Shown: positions 37,092-49,167, counted from the whole stretch's first letter. The stretch: 63,674 nt of DNA, filler included, from Perkinsus olseni (GCA_013115125.1; 25 parts of 25 records of this genome joined end to end with filler, not necessarily neighbours in it); one strand, 5' to 3'. Numbers and translations are program-made. The notes: generated by a model from the letters alone, not told the origin.

Positions 37092-39123
37092 AGATCTCTG
37101 GCGTAGGAGCACAAAAACGCTTACCAATTTTGGCGAATTTCTCCTCGCTGGCTCGTATACAACATGAATCCTTTTTTTTAGATGACAACCCAGTTGAACT
37201 GGGCCACTTTGTCCTCTGCTCGCCCTGTCGCGGAACTCGCTGTGGGTCGAGTACGACTCTGCATCTGAGTAGCGTGCTACAGGCTTACCACGCTACTGTA
37301 CAAGTATTTTACCGGATTCGCCTCCTGATTTTTATGAGTCATACCTTATTGACGCTCAAAGGTTGCGTTGTCCGGGTCGCTGGGATATTCGACGGACCTG
37401 AAGTTAAAGGAAATCACAGAAGCTTCGAAGTCAGCAGCCCCTTCCGCCCTCTGTTAACCATCGGGAAACTCAAGTCAATGGTTTAGTGGAATCCTGAGAT
37501 TCTGCCAATAATGACACTGATAAAGTCATCAACTAGCGTCAGGCTACGCTTAGGAGCCATAGTTGTGCACTTGCACAACTACACCCTCGTCCCGCTCGTG
37601 TATTGTGTGACGGCTCGGCGGCATGCTTCGATAAATAAACTTGGCAAAAGACACTTGAGTCTCAGCTCTGAAAACTCGAGACAAGAAGCCTGAAGTTTTG
37701 TCTTTATCAGCTTTCAAGGCCATGGTTGAAAAGAAGGGTTGGATCGAAACCAGCAGGCCTTTGTTATATATCTATATACTATTTAGTTATAATAAACTTA
37801 TTATTTCAAATATAAATACCAAATATAATAATTTATGAATAGTTGATACAGAATATTGGGTATAAATCCTTAAGGTAATAATGCTTCAAAAATAATAATA
37901 TATTCTATCTACCATATATACTATATATGTGTTCCCTGTAAGCGATTAGTATCCGATAGTATCCGATAGTATCGGATAATCCGATAGTATCGGATATATA
38001 TTATATAGCCATGGATTCAAATATCATTATAGTCTCATGGGGTATAAACTAATGTATCTAATCCGCTATATATCATATAAGTACAATAATATGCTTTATA
38101 AATGTTAAGGGAGTCGTAGGAGCACTAACGATAGTAGGACCAGTCCGAGATTGACGAAAACGCTAGGGCAGGAAGAGCCAGTTCATGAAAAGGGGCGACT
38201 ACGAGAATATCTAACTCGTAAAGATCGATCAACTTAATATGCGTACGCATATACATTGGCGCGCCGAACCTGGACGGCCCTACTAACAACTCTAACAAGT
38301 AATATATAACTAAATAACTAACATGCGTTTCAGCTTCGACCTGCCATGGTAACCATTCCAGACGCTAAGGGGCGCTGAGTGTCCACCTATTGTATGTCCC
38401 TTTCAAGAAAGAGCTTCCTTTGCACTTCAAGCTCGCCGAGGGCAGCGCTTGGTACCGTAGATTTCTCTGACACTTGTCGAATCTACTTTGTAGCCTACAG
38501 TCGTCCAAATAATTCGCAACACCTTCTGGTATCCCTATACGTTTCGCTTCGTAACTCGTCCCAGTTGNNNNNNNNNNNNNNNNNNNNNNNNNNNNNNNNN
38601 NNNNNNNNNNNTTAATTAATTAANNNNNNNNNNNNNNNNNNNNNNNNNNNNNNNNNNNNNNNNNNNNGCACCATTCTGTTATCGTAGTACTACTTATAAA
38701 CGTCGTCATGTGCCAACTGATAACAGTGATGACGGTAAGGGAGAGATCACAAGAAGGCTATCGTCTCTAGTTGATAATATGAGTACTGATGAAGGTGAGT
38801 GATGGTATGATGGTGTATGACCAAGTTGATGATTATTATACACTACATTTTGGTAATACTGAGGTAGTAGTATTAATAGTAGTGAGAATAATAATCATCA
38901 GCATGATACCAGTGCGTTGTTTGGTGGCTTGTGGCCAGCATACATTTTTCTCATCACAACAACATCGTTACCAGCATACACCAGATTTATTATAAATTAC
39001 TAGGGTTTCAGTATACAGTTGCAAGGTTTGTGTAAACAGTAACTGTTCCCTCGGGTAAGAACGCAACAGCAAGATCATTTTGACATCGCATGTATCATGT
39101 AGTAGTAATAACATCTATCATCA

Positions 39124-39395
39124 TCATTGAATATTTAGTGCCTTCAAACGGTGGACAACTTCCTGCATTGAGGGACGACTATCTGGTACATGCTCCCAAC
39201 ACTGTGTCATAATATTAATCAAGTCTTTGTGTATCATAGTATCTCCATCTCCATGATCATCATAAGGATATCTGCTTAGATCAGGCCTTCTACCCCTAGT
39301 AACTGCCAATACTATCTTCATTGCTTCTAGGCCAGTCTCTTCATAAGGTATAGCCCGACATAATGTTTCATACATAACAATACCATAACTATATA
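39124..39395 (-). pseudogene. Protein kinase (TKL-like) C-terminal subdomains IX-XI, cut by a Tc1-like insertion
   Basis: VYSYGIVMYETLCRAIPY...GRRPDL...CWEHVPDSRPSMQEV. Confidence 0.8.
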
Positions 39396-39601
39396 CAGTG
39401 CGAACCAAACCGTTATGCAAATCACCATTTTTGAGGTAACTTGCTCAATAAGAAGAGTTTATCAATGATCTTTGAAAGGTGTACTGGTAATGAGAGTGAA
39501 AATCGATTGACACCGTTTCAGAACCGTTTCATCATCCATTGTTATATTATGGGCGCGCGAAAATTTCCGGACCCTTCCGACCGACCCAAACCGTTATGCA
39601 A
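39396..39601 (+). mobile_element. Tc1-like terminal repeat with inner and outer direct repeats
   Basis: TA|CAGTG terminus; CCAAACCGTTATGCAA at 39405 and 39586; near-identical copy at 48734-48864. Confidence 0.8.
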
Positions 39602-40543
39602 CTCAATCATGCTGGGCTATTCTGGGAGGAACTCTAGGAAAAAAGTACACTCATGAGCCAACATGGCCACCACGACATAGGAGGAGCTGTCTTGATCCAC
39701 ACCGTCATTTTCGCCATTGCAACTTCTCTTACGATTTTTTTCTGTCCTCGCCGAGAACTTTTCGGAGTGCTTGTCGTACCTTTTTGTTTCATCCTGTCTG
39801 GTTCGTCAGCTTGCATATTCGGGTTGTAGATTTACTGATAATTTTCTTTCATATTGGGCAAGACTTGTATTTTCCAGTTCCAAGGTCAATTCAGTATCAA
39901 CCGGTATAGGCCCATCACTCCGAAACATCACTGGGGCTGCGCGAGACATTTCATGCAAGGCGCTGATCTAAACCCTCTCAGGAAGGCACACCGGTGCTAG
40001 TCTAAATAAGCCGTACTGTCGGGCGTTGGATTTCAATTACGCACACACGCCACTGAAAGTGTAAGGGGCGATGATGAAGAGCGGAACAAAACGTATGCGT
40101 TGCTCAAGCGGCTTGAGACTCGAGCTGTGAGTCAAACACTTTTCGAGTCGAGATTTTTTCGTCGAGAGAAGACATCTCAGGGTCTTTGTGGGCCAAAGGA
40201 TCGCTGAGGCTAGTACACTGGCAAATGGAAATTTGATCAACCGAGTATCTTTAAGTACAATGACTCTCAACACTCATCAGTAATGGTTCATGTGCGGTGA
40301 GCCACCAGTGTCGGGCATAAACGGAAATCATAGCGCTAGTGTGACATTGCAGTGTCCCAGTATAATACTTCCGTGATAAAGGGCAATCACAATGATTAGG
40401 ATACGAGCATTACTATCAGCACCCGCATCAGCTGTTAATGAGAAGCGTTAGGAGTATCACACACAAGGCTTCCTGTTCATCGGAGATCTTCAGCTCCTTC
40501 AGTTGTAATAAAAAATTCTATCGTCCACTCCGAACGATTTGCA

Positions 40544-40660
40544 ATGTCGAACGTTAACTCCGAGCTTACGTGGGTTCAGTCTTTCGGCAAGAAGCCACTT
40601 CTCTCCTATCAAGGGTACCTATACAGGTTGAAAGGGCGAGCAGGCACGAAGAGGGGTGAT
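40544..40660 (+). pseudogene. FLYWCH-like N-terminal fragment (possible MULE remnant)
   Basis: SFGKKPLLSYQGYLY pattern only. Confidence 0.3.
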
Positions 40661-41004
40661 GTCACTTTCGCAATTCGGCTTTATGCAACGGTTGGGAAAA
40701 TGATACAATATTTGCAACAGTGTTGCGAAACCTGTGACATGGATTCATGAGTGCAATACGACAGCGTAAAGTGCAACTTTTGGTAAGTTGCTTTGATGAC
40801 AAGTCTTTATGCAACACTTGCGAAAGTGATCTGAATAATGCAATGGCGCTGTTGCCTTCTCTTGCTATAGGGTTTCTACAGGTGTATGACCGCTTTTGCA
40901 ACATACAGCAAGATACTTGCAAGGTACATTGATGTGTTGTTCTGTAGTGCTGCCAGCGTGGTAACGCAACACACACTCACGCAACGAACTACTTAATAGA
41001 ACAG

Positions 41005-41066
41005 CATATCACGCACTTTTGCAACATACCACGCACTTTTGCAACATATCACGCACTTTTGCAACA
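41005..41066. repeat. 20-bp tandem repeat (three copies) within a GCAACA-rich tract, probably a TE subterminus
   Basis: CATAYCACGCACTTTTGCAA x3. Confidence 0.85.
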
Positions 41067-41234
41067 AAGCGCGAGCTTTTGCAACANNNNNNNNNNNNNN
41101 NNNNNNNNNNNNNNNNNNNNNNNNNNNNNNTTAATTAATTAANNNNNNNNNNNNNNNNNNNNNNNNNNNNNNNNNNNNNNNNNNNNTTCCGTACTCGTCC
41201 AGGTGACAGTGCACGAGTCGAAAAACCGGATATG

Positions 41235-42305
41235 CTAAGAATTTGTGGAGGGGTGTATTCCCAGACTTCTCCGACTCAGAGCCCACTCCGGTATCTGTGT
41301 AGCTCCCAGGCGTGGCCAATTAGTTTTCAGACTGTTCTCGAACTGCTCCTCCGAACCGTACCATGGCGCGATAGTTTGACGAAGAACGCGAGTATCCTCA
41401 GGCAGAGTACATTGTGCTTCCTCGACCCTGAAGGATTCAATTTGCTGGTTGAGCTTGGCCTTCGCGGGAACGAAACCGGACATGACTTCTAGACAAATCA
41501 CTAATGTGACAATTACTTCCAATACAATCAGCACGATCAAGGGGCCGTAGAAAGCGAGAGGGTGCTTTTCGAACACGAGATCGGTGAGGATGACCGTCAC
41601 AAGGACTGCAATCTCGCAGCCAGTAACAGAGATGCAGAATCGACTCTGTAATGTCGACACTAGGACTATGGCGTCTGGGCTGTGCGTACGAAGAAAGGAT
41701 GCCACCTCGAATACACACCAGAGCCTCGAGAAGTAGTCGGCTGTCCAGAAGATCACCAGCTTATCCGAGTGACGAAGGAAGACGCTGATACTGCATATTC
41801 CCCGCTCTTTAGCAGCTGGGTCGTCTTGTGGTATACAACACTTATCGAGGAAAACCATCTTGCGTGACTTCTTCTTGGCCAATCGATAACCATATATCAC
41901 CCCAAAACAGGTAGCCACAGCACCAATGAGCTCAACCACAACGGAAGCAAGCTCTTGATAGGCTGGTAAGACATAAACACCGATCGATAGAGGAATGATG
42001 ACAGCCAGCATGGCAATGTAACCCTCTCTAAGGTAGAGAGCTGTCAAGAGTGAGATTTGCTTCCATAGCGGGCTGCCGGCCCATGAGTGGCTGATAAAGG
42101 CGTCCAAGGTCCCAACGGGTTTAGACAACTCGTAAGTATCCCGATTAGCTTCGGGACCACGGAACAAGGACCACTTTGATGCGATGACTCCTACTGGGAC
42201 TCCTCGTAGCAGCAGGGTAAGAGATGATACGTCGCTCGGACTCCTCATCCGCAGTCTGTCAGGTGGCGGCGGCGGATGCTGAGTATCGTTCCGCGGAGAA
42301 CACAT
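41235..42305 (-). CDS. Membrane protein with a TIR-like domain interrupted by TM helices
   Basis: DAFISHSW ... TM pair ... VFLDKCCIPQDD ... FLRHSDKLVIFWTADYFSRLWCVFE, then further TM segments. Confidence 0.75.
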   Translation of the reverse strand: MCSPRNDTQHPPPPPDRLRMRSPSDVSSLTLLLRGVPVGVIASKWSLFRGPEANRDTYELSKPVGTLDAFISHSWAGSPLWKQISLLTALYLREGYIAMLAVIIPLSIGVYVLPAYQELASVVVELIGAVATCFGVIYGYRLAKKKSRKMVFLDKCCIPQDDPAAKERGICSISVFLRHSDKLVIFWTADYFSRLWCVFEVASFLRTHSPDAIVLVSTLQSRFCISVTGCEIAVLVTVILTDLVFEKHPLAFYGPLIVLIVLEVIVTLVICLEVMSGFVPAKAKLNQQIESFRVEEAQCTLPEDTRVLRQTIAPWYGSEEQFENSLKTNWPRLGATQIPEWALSRRSLGIHPSTNS

Positions 42306-42672
42306 CGTGAATTATTATTATCTTGAAAAGGATTCGACTGGGAGGAAATATCCAACTACAAGAAAGCGATACTATAACACTATTTCCATCGAAGTGCGTA
42401 AGCTTAGACCACAGAGCAGAGGACAGTCTCGAGGTGCAATCAGCCGCTTATGAAGTGAAGACATAGCTTGCACTTCTAGGAGCCTCATTTTACTCAGGAA
42501 CAGCAGGACGAAGTGAACTCAACAATCGTGCTTACTCGGAGTGACCGATATGATAAAAGGAGTAAAAAAACAAGAAAAGTCCAGAGGCTTGACGCCTCTT
42601 ATCTAAGTGTAATCAGAGAACCTCATCGAGTTGACGTCAGCAACGATTGACACAATCGGCGGCTATTGAGCC

Positions 42673-43533
42673 TCACGACCTTTGATGTAGTTGAGTCCAC
42701 CAAACCAACGCGACTGCAGCGATAGGTAGAATAATGAAGGACCACGCGTACGGCTCCATTTTGGAGAAGGGACTCCAGGGATCATCGCGCATGAAGAAAC
42801 GGCCCTGAACAGATATGAATGTACTCGCTCCATAAATCAGGGCTAAGACAACCAGAAATGATATGACAAGGCACCTGGCGCACCGACCGAGCTTGGCCAC
42901 TCTGTTATGCAGACGATAGGAGGCAACAGCGAACAACGGTGCTCGGCAGGCTAGCAGAATACATAAGGTTATGGTATCACGCGCTGCGCCTACAAGCTTA
43001 TGGTTGGGGGTCAGTGATAGAGCGCAGGCCACGCGTGGCCATACAATCATAATGTATGGGAATATTAAGAGAGCTGTTCCCTGCTTCGATAGGACTGCCT
43101 GCGGCATCCGCTGCACAGAGCGTATGGACGACCACTTCAGCTTGACGGTATCGTTGAAGTTGTCCTCAGATCCGTACCAATCAACTATTTTCTTGCGGAG
43201 CATATCAGTATCTTCCTCAAGTGTACATTCCGCTGTTATGACCGAGAAGTTGGTAATCTGCTCCCTCAGCACCACGTGAGCGGGCACACAGAGGAACAGG
43301 ACCAACACGCATACAATGATAGATATCAACAACTCACCAAGAAAACAATTAACCTTCATCACTTGGTCACTTACCACCCATGTATTCGACACGATAGTGT
43401 GCGATAGGTCGAACAGGAGGATAGTCAGGAGCTCACAGGATACAACAACAAATACAAATCGCAAGGATGTGGTTGAGAGGCACGAAATCGAACGCGGGGT
43501 ATGAGTGCGGAGATAACTGGCCAGCTCGAAGTA
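42673..43533 (-). pseudogene. Tandem paralogue of the TIR-like membrane protein, 5' truncated
   Basis: FELASYLRTHTP...CE...QITNFSV..AECTLEEDT..LR..I..WYGSE..F aligns with the neighbour; the upstream sequence is unrelated and has a stop. Confidence 0.7.
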
Positions 43534-43703
43534 TTAACGGCAGGTGTTCCGCTCCCTTGAGGGTTGTCAGACATTGACTGAACCCAACAGTTCAGAACTT
43601 GAGNNNNNNNNNNNNNNNNNNNNNNNNNNNNNNNNNNNNNNNNNNNNTTAATTAATTAANNNNNNNNNNNNNNNNNNNNNNNNNNNNNNNNNNNNNNNNN
43701 NNN

Positions 43704-45304
43704 CCAGCACGGGAAGCGAAGGTTGACAAAGCAAAATTAAGTTTACCGCATAGCTTGGAGCACAAGCCGGAATGAAATGTGTTAGAATGCAAGATGTCGG
43801 TGATAGTGGAAATTAACTTGTCGCGTTTATCAGGTGGAAGAGAGATGTGAACTGTGCGAGAAATGAACTGTATGCGAACGCCGAGAAGAACTATGTCAGC
43901 CGAAGGAGGACTGCATTTCTGTTCCTTGACTTGCCAGCCAAGAATAGAATTCAGAAATAAAAACGAGTTGTACGCCGAGGAGACTGTAGATTTGTCCTCA
44001 GCGCCTGAATAATCATCAATATAACTTACCAAAGGGACCGACCAGTATGTGCGAGCCAAGAACACAAGAGATTGAGAGAGTCTCATGTAGTTCCACACGC
44101 TCGAGCGGGAGCCAAATGCCTGTGCGTAGTGAAGGAAGGCCGAGACCGAGGAGTCGATGGGATTCTTCAGAGCAATCAAAGTCGAGTTTGAATGCAGCGG
44201 GAAAGCTGCTACTGAATGCTACGCGGACTTGTGGTCGATATTCCAGAAAGATAGATCAATAGATGATGCTGAAGATGAAGTACCACGGAGAGAAGCATAC
44301 TGATCCCAGGTCAGTTTGAGTTGGCGATACATGGAGATGACAACATCCAAGGTCGGCAAAGTTATTTTACCCCCAAATGTTTGGCAGTCATTCAAGCTTG
44401 ATTTTGAATAATCGTCACAAGGACGATCTTTCGTCAATTGATGCACAATAAACCGGGATGAGATTAGATGGTCGGGGAATACAGAGGTGGTAGGGTAGGG
44501 GCCACCCATAGTGTTGTCCTTTGTTTCAGCTATCGCGCCATCCCAAAGAAGTTGATCATCCTCAGTGACAGCCCTCGAAGATAGACGTGTTATCAGTGGG
44601 TCGTCGCGAATACAGCCTGAGCGAAGGACTGAAGACGGAGGCTTGAAAGTCCACCGCTCAGTAGATTGTGGAGCGAACACGTTGCCAGGAACGGAGAATC
44701 GACCATGAACAGCCAAGCCGAAGACAAGCTCAGCAGGTAGCCGCCAGTCAGCGTAGCCAGCACGACGAAGAAGCACCAGCATGAGGGGTAGATGCAGATG
44801 AGCGCAGAAGGCGCGGATACTTTTCGGCATGCGCTTCACCCATAGCTTGCGAATTCGGGAGAGGGCTTGGCCGAGGCGGCGAACGCACCGCGTCTGGTTT
44901 TCCCGGTCTTGCAAAATGTTGATACCACGGCTGCAGAGGAAGTCGATAGCACGGAGAAGGGTATCCGGCAAAGGTTCGTCCGCGAGGAGAGGATGATGTT
45001 GACCGAGATGTGTCTCAATGTGCCGAGACGGAGAGACAGGAGTAGAGGGGATGTCACGTCCATCATGGCGCTGATGGAGTACATGTGTCGACGAAGATTT
45101 GTAGTAATGACAGTCAGCGAAGGGGCTCGCGATTAGTGGCGTGCAATCCGGGAGATCAGCGTCGTCCGGAAGCGGAAGTGAAGCAGTGGAACCGTCTGGG
45201 AGGTCGATGTGGATGAGAGGATACGCAGTACCAGACGAGCGACGGTGGCGCTGGCGTTGGCGTTGTGCCCGTTTGGCAATGAGAGAACGCCTTGAGCGAG
45301 CCAT
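43704..45304 (-). mobile_element. DIRS/Ngaro-like reverse transcriptase with an in-frame TAG at 44219-44221
   Basis: MGGP, RFIVHQ..KDRPCDD..SLN, DHKSA*, AFGSRSSVWNY, YIDD (44012-44023), LLGV, GKLNF. Confidence 0.85.
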
Positions 45305-45412
45305 GGTCGGCGGAAGAGGAATAGTAGCTGACGAGAAGAAGAGGGCAGGCGGGGAAACACAACATGGTGGTGGTACAGCGTGATAACGACAGCAACAGTA
45401 AGTCGTGTGGGG

Positions 45413-46048
45413 CTAACTCTCCTTAGGTCGCTTAGAAGGAGGGGCAGGCGAGGCCGTAGAGGAAGAGTCGCGAGCTGGAGCAGACTCGGAAGGGCGGAAG
45501 GGACGTGGCGGAAGGCCCTTGCCCTTACCCTTGCCCGGAGAACGTCGCGACGAGCCCGGAGAGGCAGTCGGAGGAGTAGCAGTCAAAGCTGCAGTACAGG
45601 CCGTGTTGGAGTCTAAACGGCAAAGAAATTGAGCCACGTTTGCAAGCGAGTCACCAGCAGACAGCTTAGCGGCACACTCCTTCATCATAAGGTTGTGATA
45701 GGCCTCAGCGGTACGGCTCCCGCCAGCGCGGCCAGAGAAGATGCTACCAACGACGTCGAGAGTGGCAAAGGTGTGTCCGAGTAGGGAAGCGAGGCCCAGG
45801 TCAAGGCACAGGTGCATGGTAGTAGACCAGCGGAGCAGGGCCTTGCCGAGATGCTGGACTCGCAGCGAGTCGTCGGGGAAGGTTGCCGATGCCGAATCGT
45901 CGCTGGACAGGAAGTCGCGAAGCTTGTAACCGAAGGCGAGTCGGGGCCTATCGGAAGAAGATTGGTTGAACAGGTCAGACACGAGAGTGGAAGGGGGGTG
46001 TAGGGCGGCAGAGAGGCCGACTAGAGTAGAGCGGTCGCCAAGCAGCAC
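45413..46048 (-). CDS. Gag-like ORF1 (C-terminal half) of a DIRS-like element
   Basis: Precedes the RT; weak similarity to the LGH....G..TA..Y region of 21664-22998; basic GKGKGKG tail. Confidence 0.55.
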   Translation of the reverse strand: MLLGDRSTLVGLSAALHPPSTLVSDLFNQSSSDRPRLAFGYKLRDFLSSDDSASATFPDDSLRVQHLGKALLRWSTTMHLCLDLGLASLLGHTFATLDVVGSIFSGRAGGSRTAEAYHNLMMKECAAKLSAGDSLANVAQFLCRLDSNTACTAALTATPPTASPGSSRRSPGKGKGKGLPPRPFRPSESAPARDSSSTASPAPPSKRPKES

Positions 46049-46960
46049 CTAGCAACACTCGCAGCTGAGCTGCTAGAAGTGTAACACAAGATCCGGAGAT
46101 ATTGGGCTGCGATGGAGANNNNNNNNNNNNNNNNNNNNNNNNNNNNNNNNNNNNNNNNNNNNTTAATTAATTAANNNNNNNNNNNNNNNNNNNNNNNNNN
46201 NNNNNNNNNNNNNNNNNNAATGCGAAGAAGACAGCCGTAAGTTGCGTCACAAAGCCCCGACTGCGGAGATCAACAGCACAGGCTAGGGTGGCGCTCAGCT
46301 CGCTGCAGAGGCAAGGCCGCTCAGCCGTGGCATTGCTCCGATCGCTTCAACGTGGGGATGATAATCGTCAGAAGCGTCGGGAAGAGCAGGGAGGACTTAC
46401 GAAAGAGAAATCGGTTGGTCGAGTCCTCGACATATCCGCAAGAATGCAAATGGTGGGAAGATAAAACTACACAGCAACAACAGGTCAAAAAGAAAACTTG
46501 GTATTGTTCGTAGGGTCCACGGTATGGGAGAGGGTCCTCTCCCATACCACTCCTTTCGGAAACTATAACACAACATACCTAGCAGCTCGTTGTTCGGGAA
46601 TAATTACAATGATAGTAATAACAAGGACGACGAGGACGACTTCGCTATAATACGCTGCCCCAATCCGTATCTTTCATCATGAGGTCGACCTATGAGGACC
46701 CATAGTGAGCAACGCTGAAAAGATACCTCCATTCGGGATGGGTGCTGGGAGACGGGTACTATTACAAAAAGGAAGATGAGAGGCGACGTGCCGGTCCGAC
46801 GGCAAAGCACGGAACTCGGAATGACGAGTGTTGACACTCAAAAGGGTATAACAGCGTAGACCTTATTAAAAGCCGCGTCGCTCCGCCGACAGAAAAATAC
46901 ACGACTGGATCGACTAGCATGATCGTAGCGGAGCGAGGCAGGGATTGTTATACCATTATG

Positions 46961-48533
46961 CTACACAGCTCGAGAGGTTATGGTGACATCATCATCGTCG
47001 TCACGAGAATCCGGAGGGGCTCTGCTCTCCCCTTCCAAGTCCTCCTCTTCCGGATCGTCGGGGTCCAACGGAGATCGGCACAGCGGACAAGACATCTTAC
47101 CAACCTGAAGGTAGCCGTCATGATTCACGAAAAAGTTGGTATTAGAATGAGGGGCACATATACCAGTGAATGAGATGATTCGCTGTGAATTACCTTAGCC
47201 CAATTCGCCAAACATTTGTGATGGAAGTAATGCTGGCAAGGGGTTTCGCGTATGAGATCAGCACTCGCCGATGATGGGGTCTCGCTAAACCTAACATCGA
47301 CGCGTGATAGGATTGAACCCGGGGCCATAAGCATGTAGAACCACGGACTTAACGGCTAGACCAGAGCTTCCCGCATTACTCGGTTAAGCAGACACTGCAC
47401 TCCTCAGCGACCTTCGACGCTTCTTCTGACGATACAATACGTAGGGCCGATATCACCTAAAGCAACATCAGCCTTCAATACAACACAAACCTCTTTGCTA
47501 AGGAACCTGGTATCTTTCGACCCCATGGAAGGCTCGAGTGACGACGTTGTGCTATACGCCTTTCGTCAGGATGAGAATACTACTGCCCCATCCATGCGCC
47601 AGTACGACCCCTGCGCTCACCCGATCCACTTTCTGTTGCCGCTCCTTAGCCACCCTTATATGACCTCTCCTGATGGCCAGCATGAGGATGCCTATCAGAA
47701 TCGGAGGGCCCAGTAGCGTGAGCACCCATGCTACTATCAATAAGACGACAATCTGAAAACCAACAACCACTGGTGATGACTAGTTGCAACCTGACAAGAA
47801 TCTCAACATACGGGGATGGGGAAGACAGTCGGGTGTACCCATTCGAGCTAGAAGAAGCGCGCGAGAGCGCACTGATGATGATGCTTCAATGAGGAGCGCT
47901 TTTAGGACAGATTCACGCAAGTTAATTATATCAATGGTCGAGATGTCCGAGCCAGGAATCGAACCGGGGACCTGTAGACCACTCACCGCCGTGGATACAG
48001 CAAAGAGCTTCGGCGCCGTCGAACTGCATGTATCAGAAGATGCCAACCAGACCACTCCAATGATCGGCCAAGCGAAGCAGAAAGCTGAAATAACTCTGAT
48101 GATAATTACCGCGCGCCCTTTAATTCCTCAACCTCATCAGGCATGTATTACCAGTGAAGATAGCATCGTGTATTTTGACTCGGAGGGGCTTCTCGGGGTC
48201 GGTGGATGGATTATAGCAAAGCAACACCCGGGTAACGATAGATTTCAAAATGGCGTAAACAACACCGCCGAAATAAACGAGTAAAAACCTACACAAATCA
48301 TCGCTTCGCTCCGCTGTAACACTGACCACAACACTCACGTTCTTAACGGCCGATCACAAACCGTGTCGTTCTTCTCAACTACAAATATCGCCCACACGGT
48401 CACACCTACACCAAGAAGAGCGTAGAAGAATTATCCTCTCACAGTTGATAAATATGAGAACGACGCGGGCACTAGGGTTGCGAGAAGCGAAGTTAGATAC
48501 TACAACTTGCGGAATCAGGCTGGCAAAAGACAT
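46961..48533 (-). CDS. Membrane-anchored RING-H2 E3 ubiquitin ligase, multi-exon; start uncertain
   Basis: CDRPLR, WPIIGVVW..SDTC...APKLF, ECSVCLTEF...TPCQHYFHHKCLANW...SCPLCR, assembled through GT-AG introns. Confidence 0.85.
47303..47370 (-). pseudogene. Decayed tRNA-like sequence inside the 89-nt intron (47379-47291)
   Basis: A-box-like TGGTCTAGCCG and B-box GGTTCAATCC at tRNA spacing. Confidence 0.55.
47944..47978 (-). pseudogene. tRNA 3'-half fragment at the 5' end of intron 47986-47753
   Basis: TCTACAGGTC CCCGG TTCGATT CCTGG CTCGGACA: variable loop, T-arm and acceptor strand. Confidence 0.65.
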
Positions 48534-48563
48534 CCGGAACTATGCGCGCATTTCCCCAGCAGG

Positions 48564-48633
48564 GGCTGGATGGCGTAATAGAAGGAACCCAGCGCCGACA
48601 AGCTTGAGGTCGGGGGTTCAATTCCCGCTCATT
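48564..48633 (+). pseudogene. Decayed near-full-length tRNA-like sequence
   Basis: TGGCGTAATAG A-box; AGGTC GGGGG TTCAATT CCCGC T-arm. Confidence 0.6.
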
Positions 48634-48733
48634 NNNNNNNNNNNNNNNNNNNNNNNNNNNNNNNNNNNNNNNNNNNNTTAATTAATTAANNNNNNNNNNN
48701 NNNNNNNNNNNNNNNNNNNNNNNNNNNNNNNNN

Positions 48734-48864
48734 CGGTTCTGAAACGGTGTCAATCGATTTTCACTCTCATTATCAGTACACCTTTCAAAGATCATTGATA
48801 AACTCTCCTTATTGAGCAAGTTACCTCAAAAAAGGTGATTTGCATAACGGTTTGGTTCGCACTG
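48734..48864 (-). mobile_element. Second copy of the Tc1-like terminus (CACTG|TA)
   Basis: Reverse complement of 39396-39526 with a few substitutions. Confidence 0.85.
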
Positions 48865-48868
48865 TAGG

Positions 48869-49125
48869 ATGAAAGACTACAAACAACACCTTTACGACGG
48901 ACCCTTAGCGGATCACTCCGTCCAACAAGCTCACCCGTTTAGTCTGGATGAACTAGAGAGGGCTTTCGCACGCCTTAACCTTTCCACAGCAAGTGGCCCA
49001 GATGAAGTCTCAGCTCAGATGCTCAAGCACTCGACCACCCGAGGACTAGTGGTAGGACACTAGTGGTACGACCACCCGTGGTAGGACTAGTCAGTCTTGA
49101 TCTACGCAAAGCTTATGATACTTGT
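48869..49125 (+). pseudogene. LINE RT remnant
   Basis: PFSLDELERAF..L..STASGPDEV...MLK; LVSLDLRKAYDT. Confidence 0.7.
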
Positions 49126-49167
49126 ACTCTAGACGTAGTTCAGGCACGTCTATTTGAATCTGATATT

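Noticed and set aside
36555-37167. Ala/Val- and Ala/Thr-rich ORFs
   Set aside because: Shadows of the Gly-repeat gene.
37945-37996. TAGTATCCGA repeats as a CRISPR-like array
   Set aside because: Simple tandem and inverted 10-mers with no spacers, in eukaryotic AT-rich DNA.
44219-44221. In-frame TAG in RT as recoding or an alternative genetic code
   Set aside because: It replaces the conserved Tyr of DxKxAY with adjacent codons also altered; host genes use standard stops.
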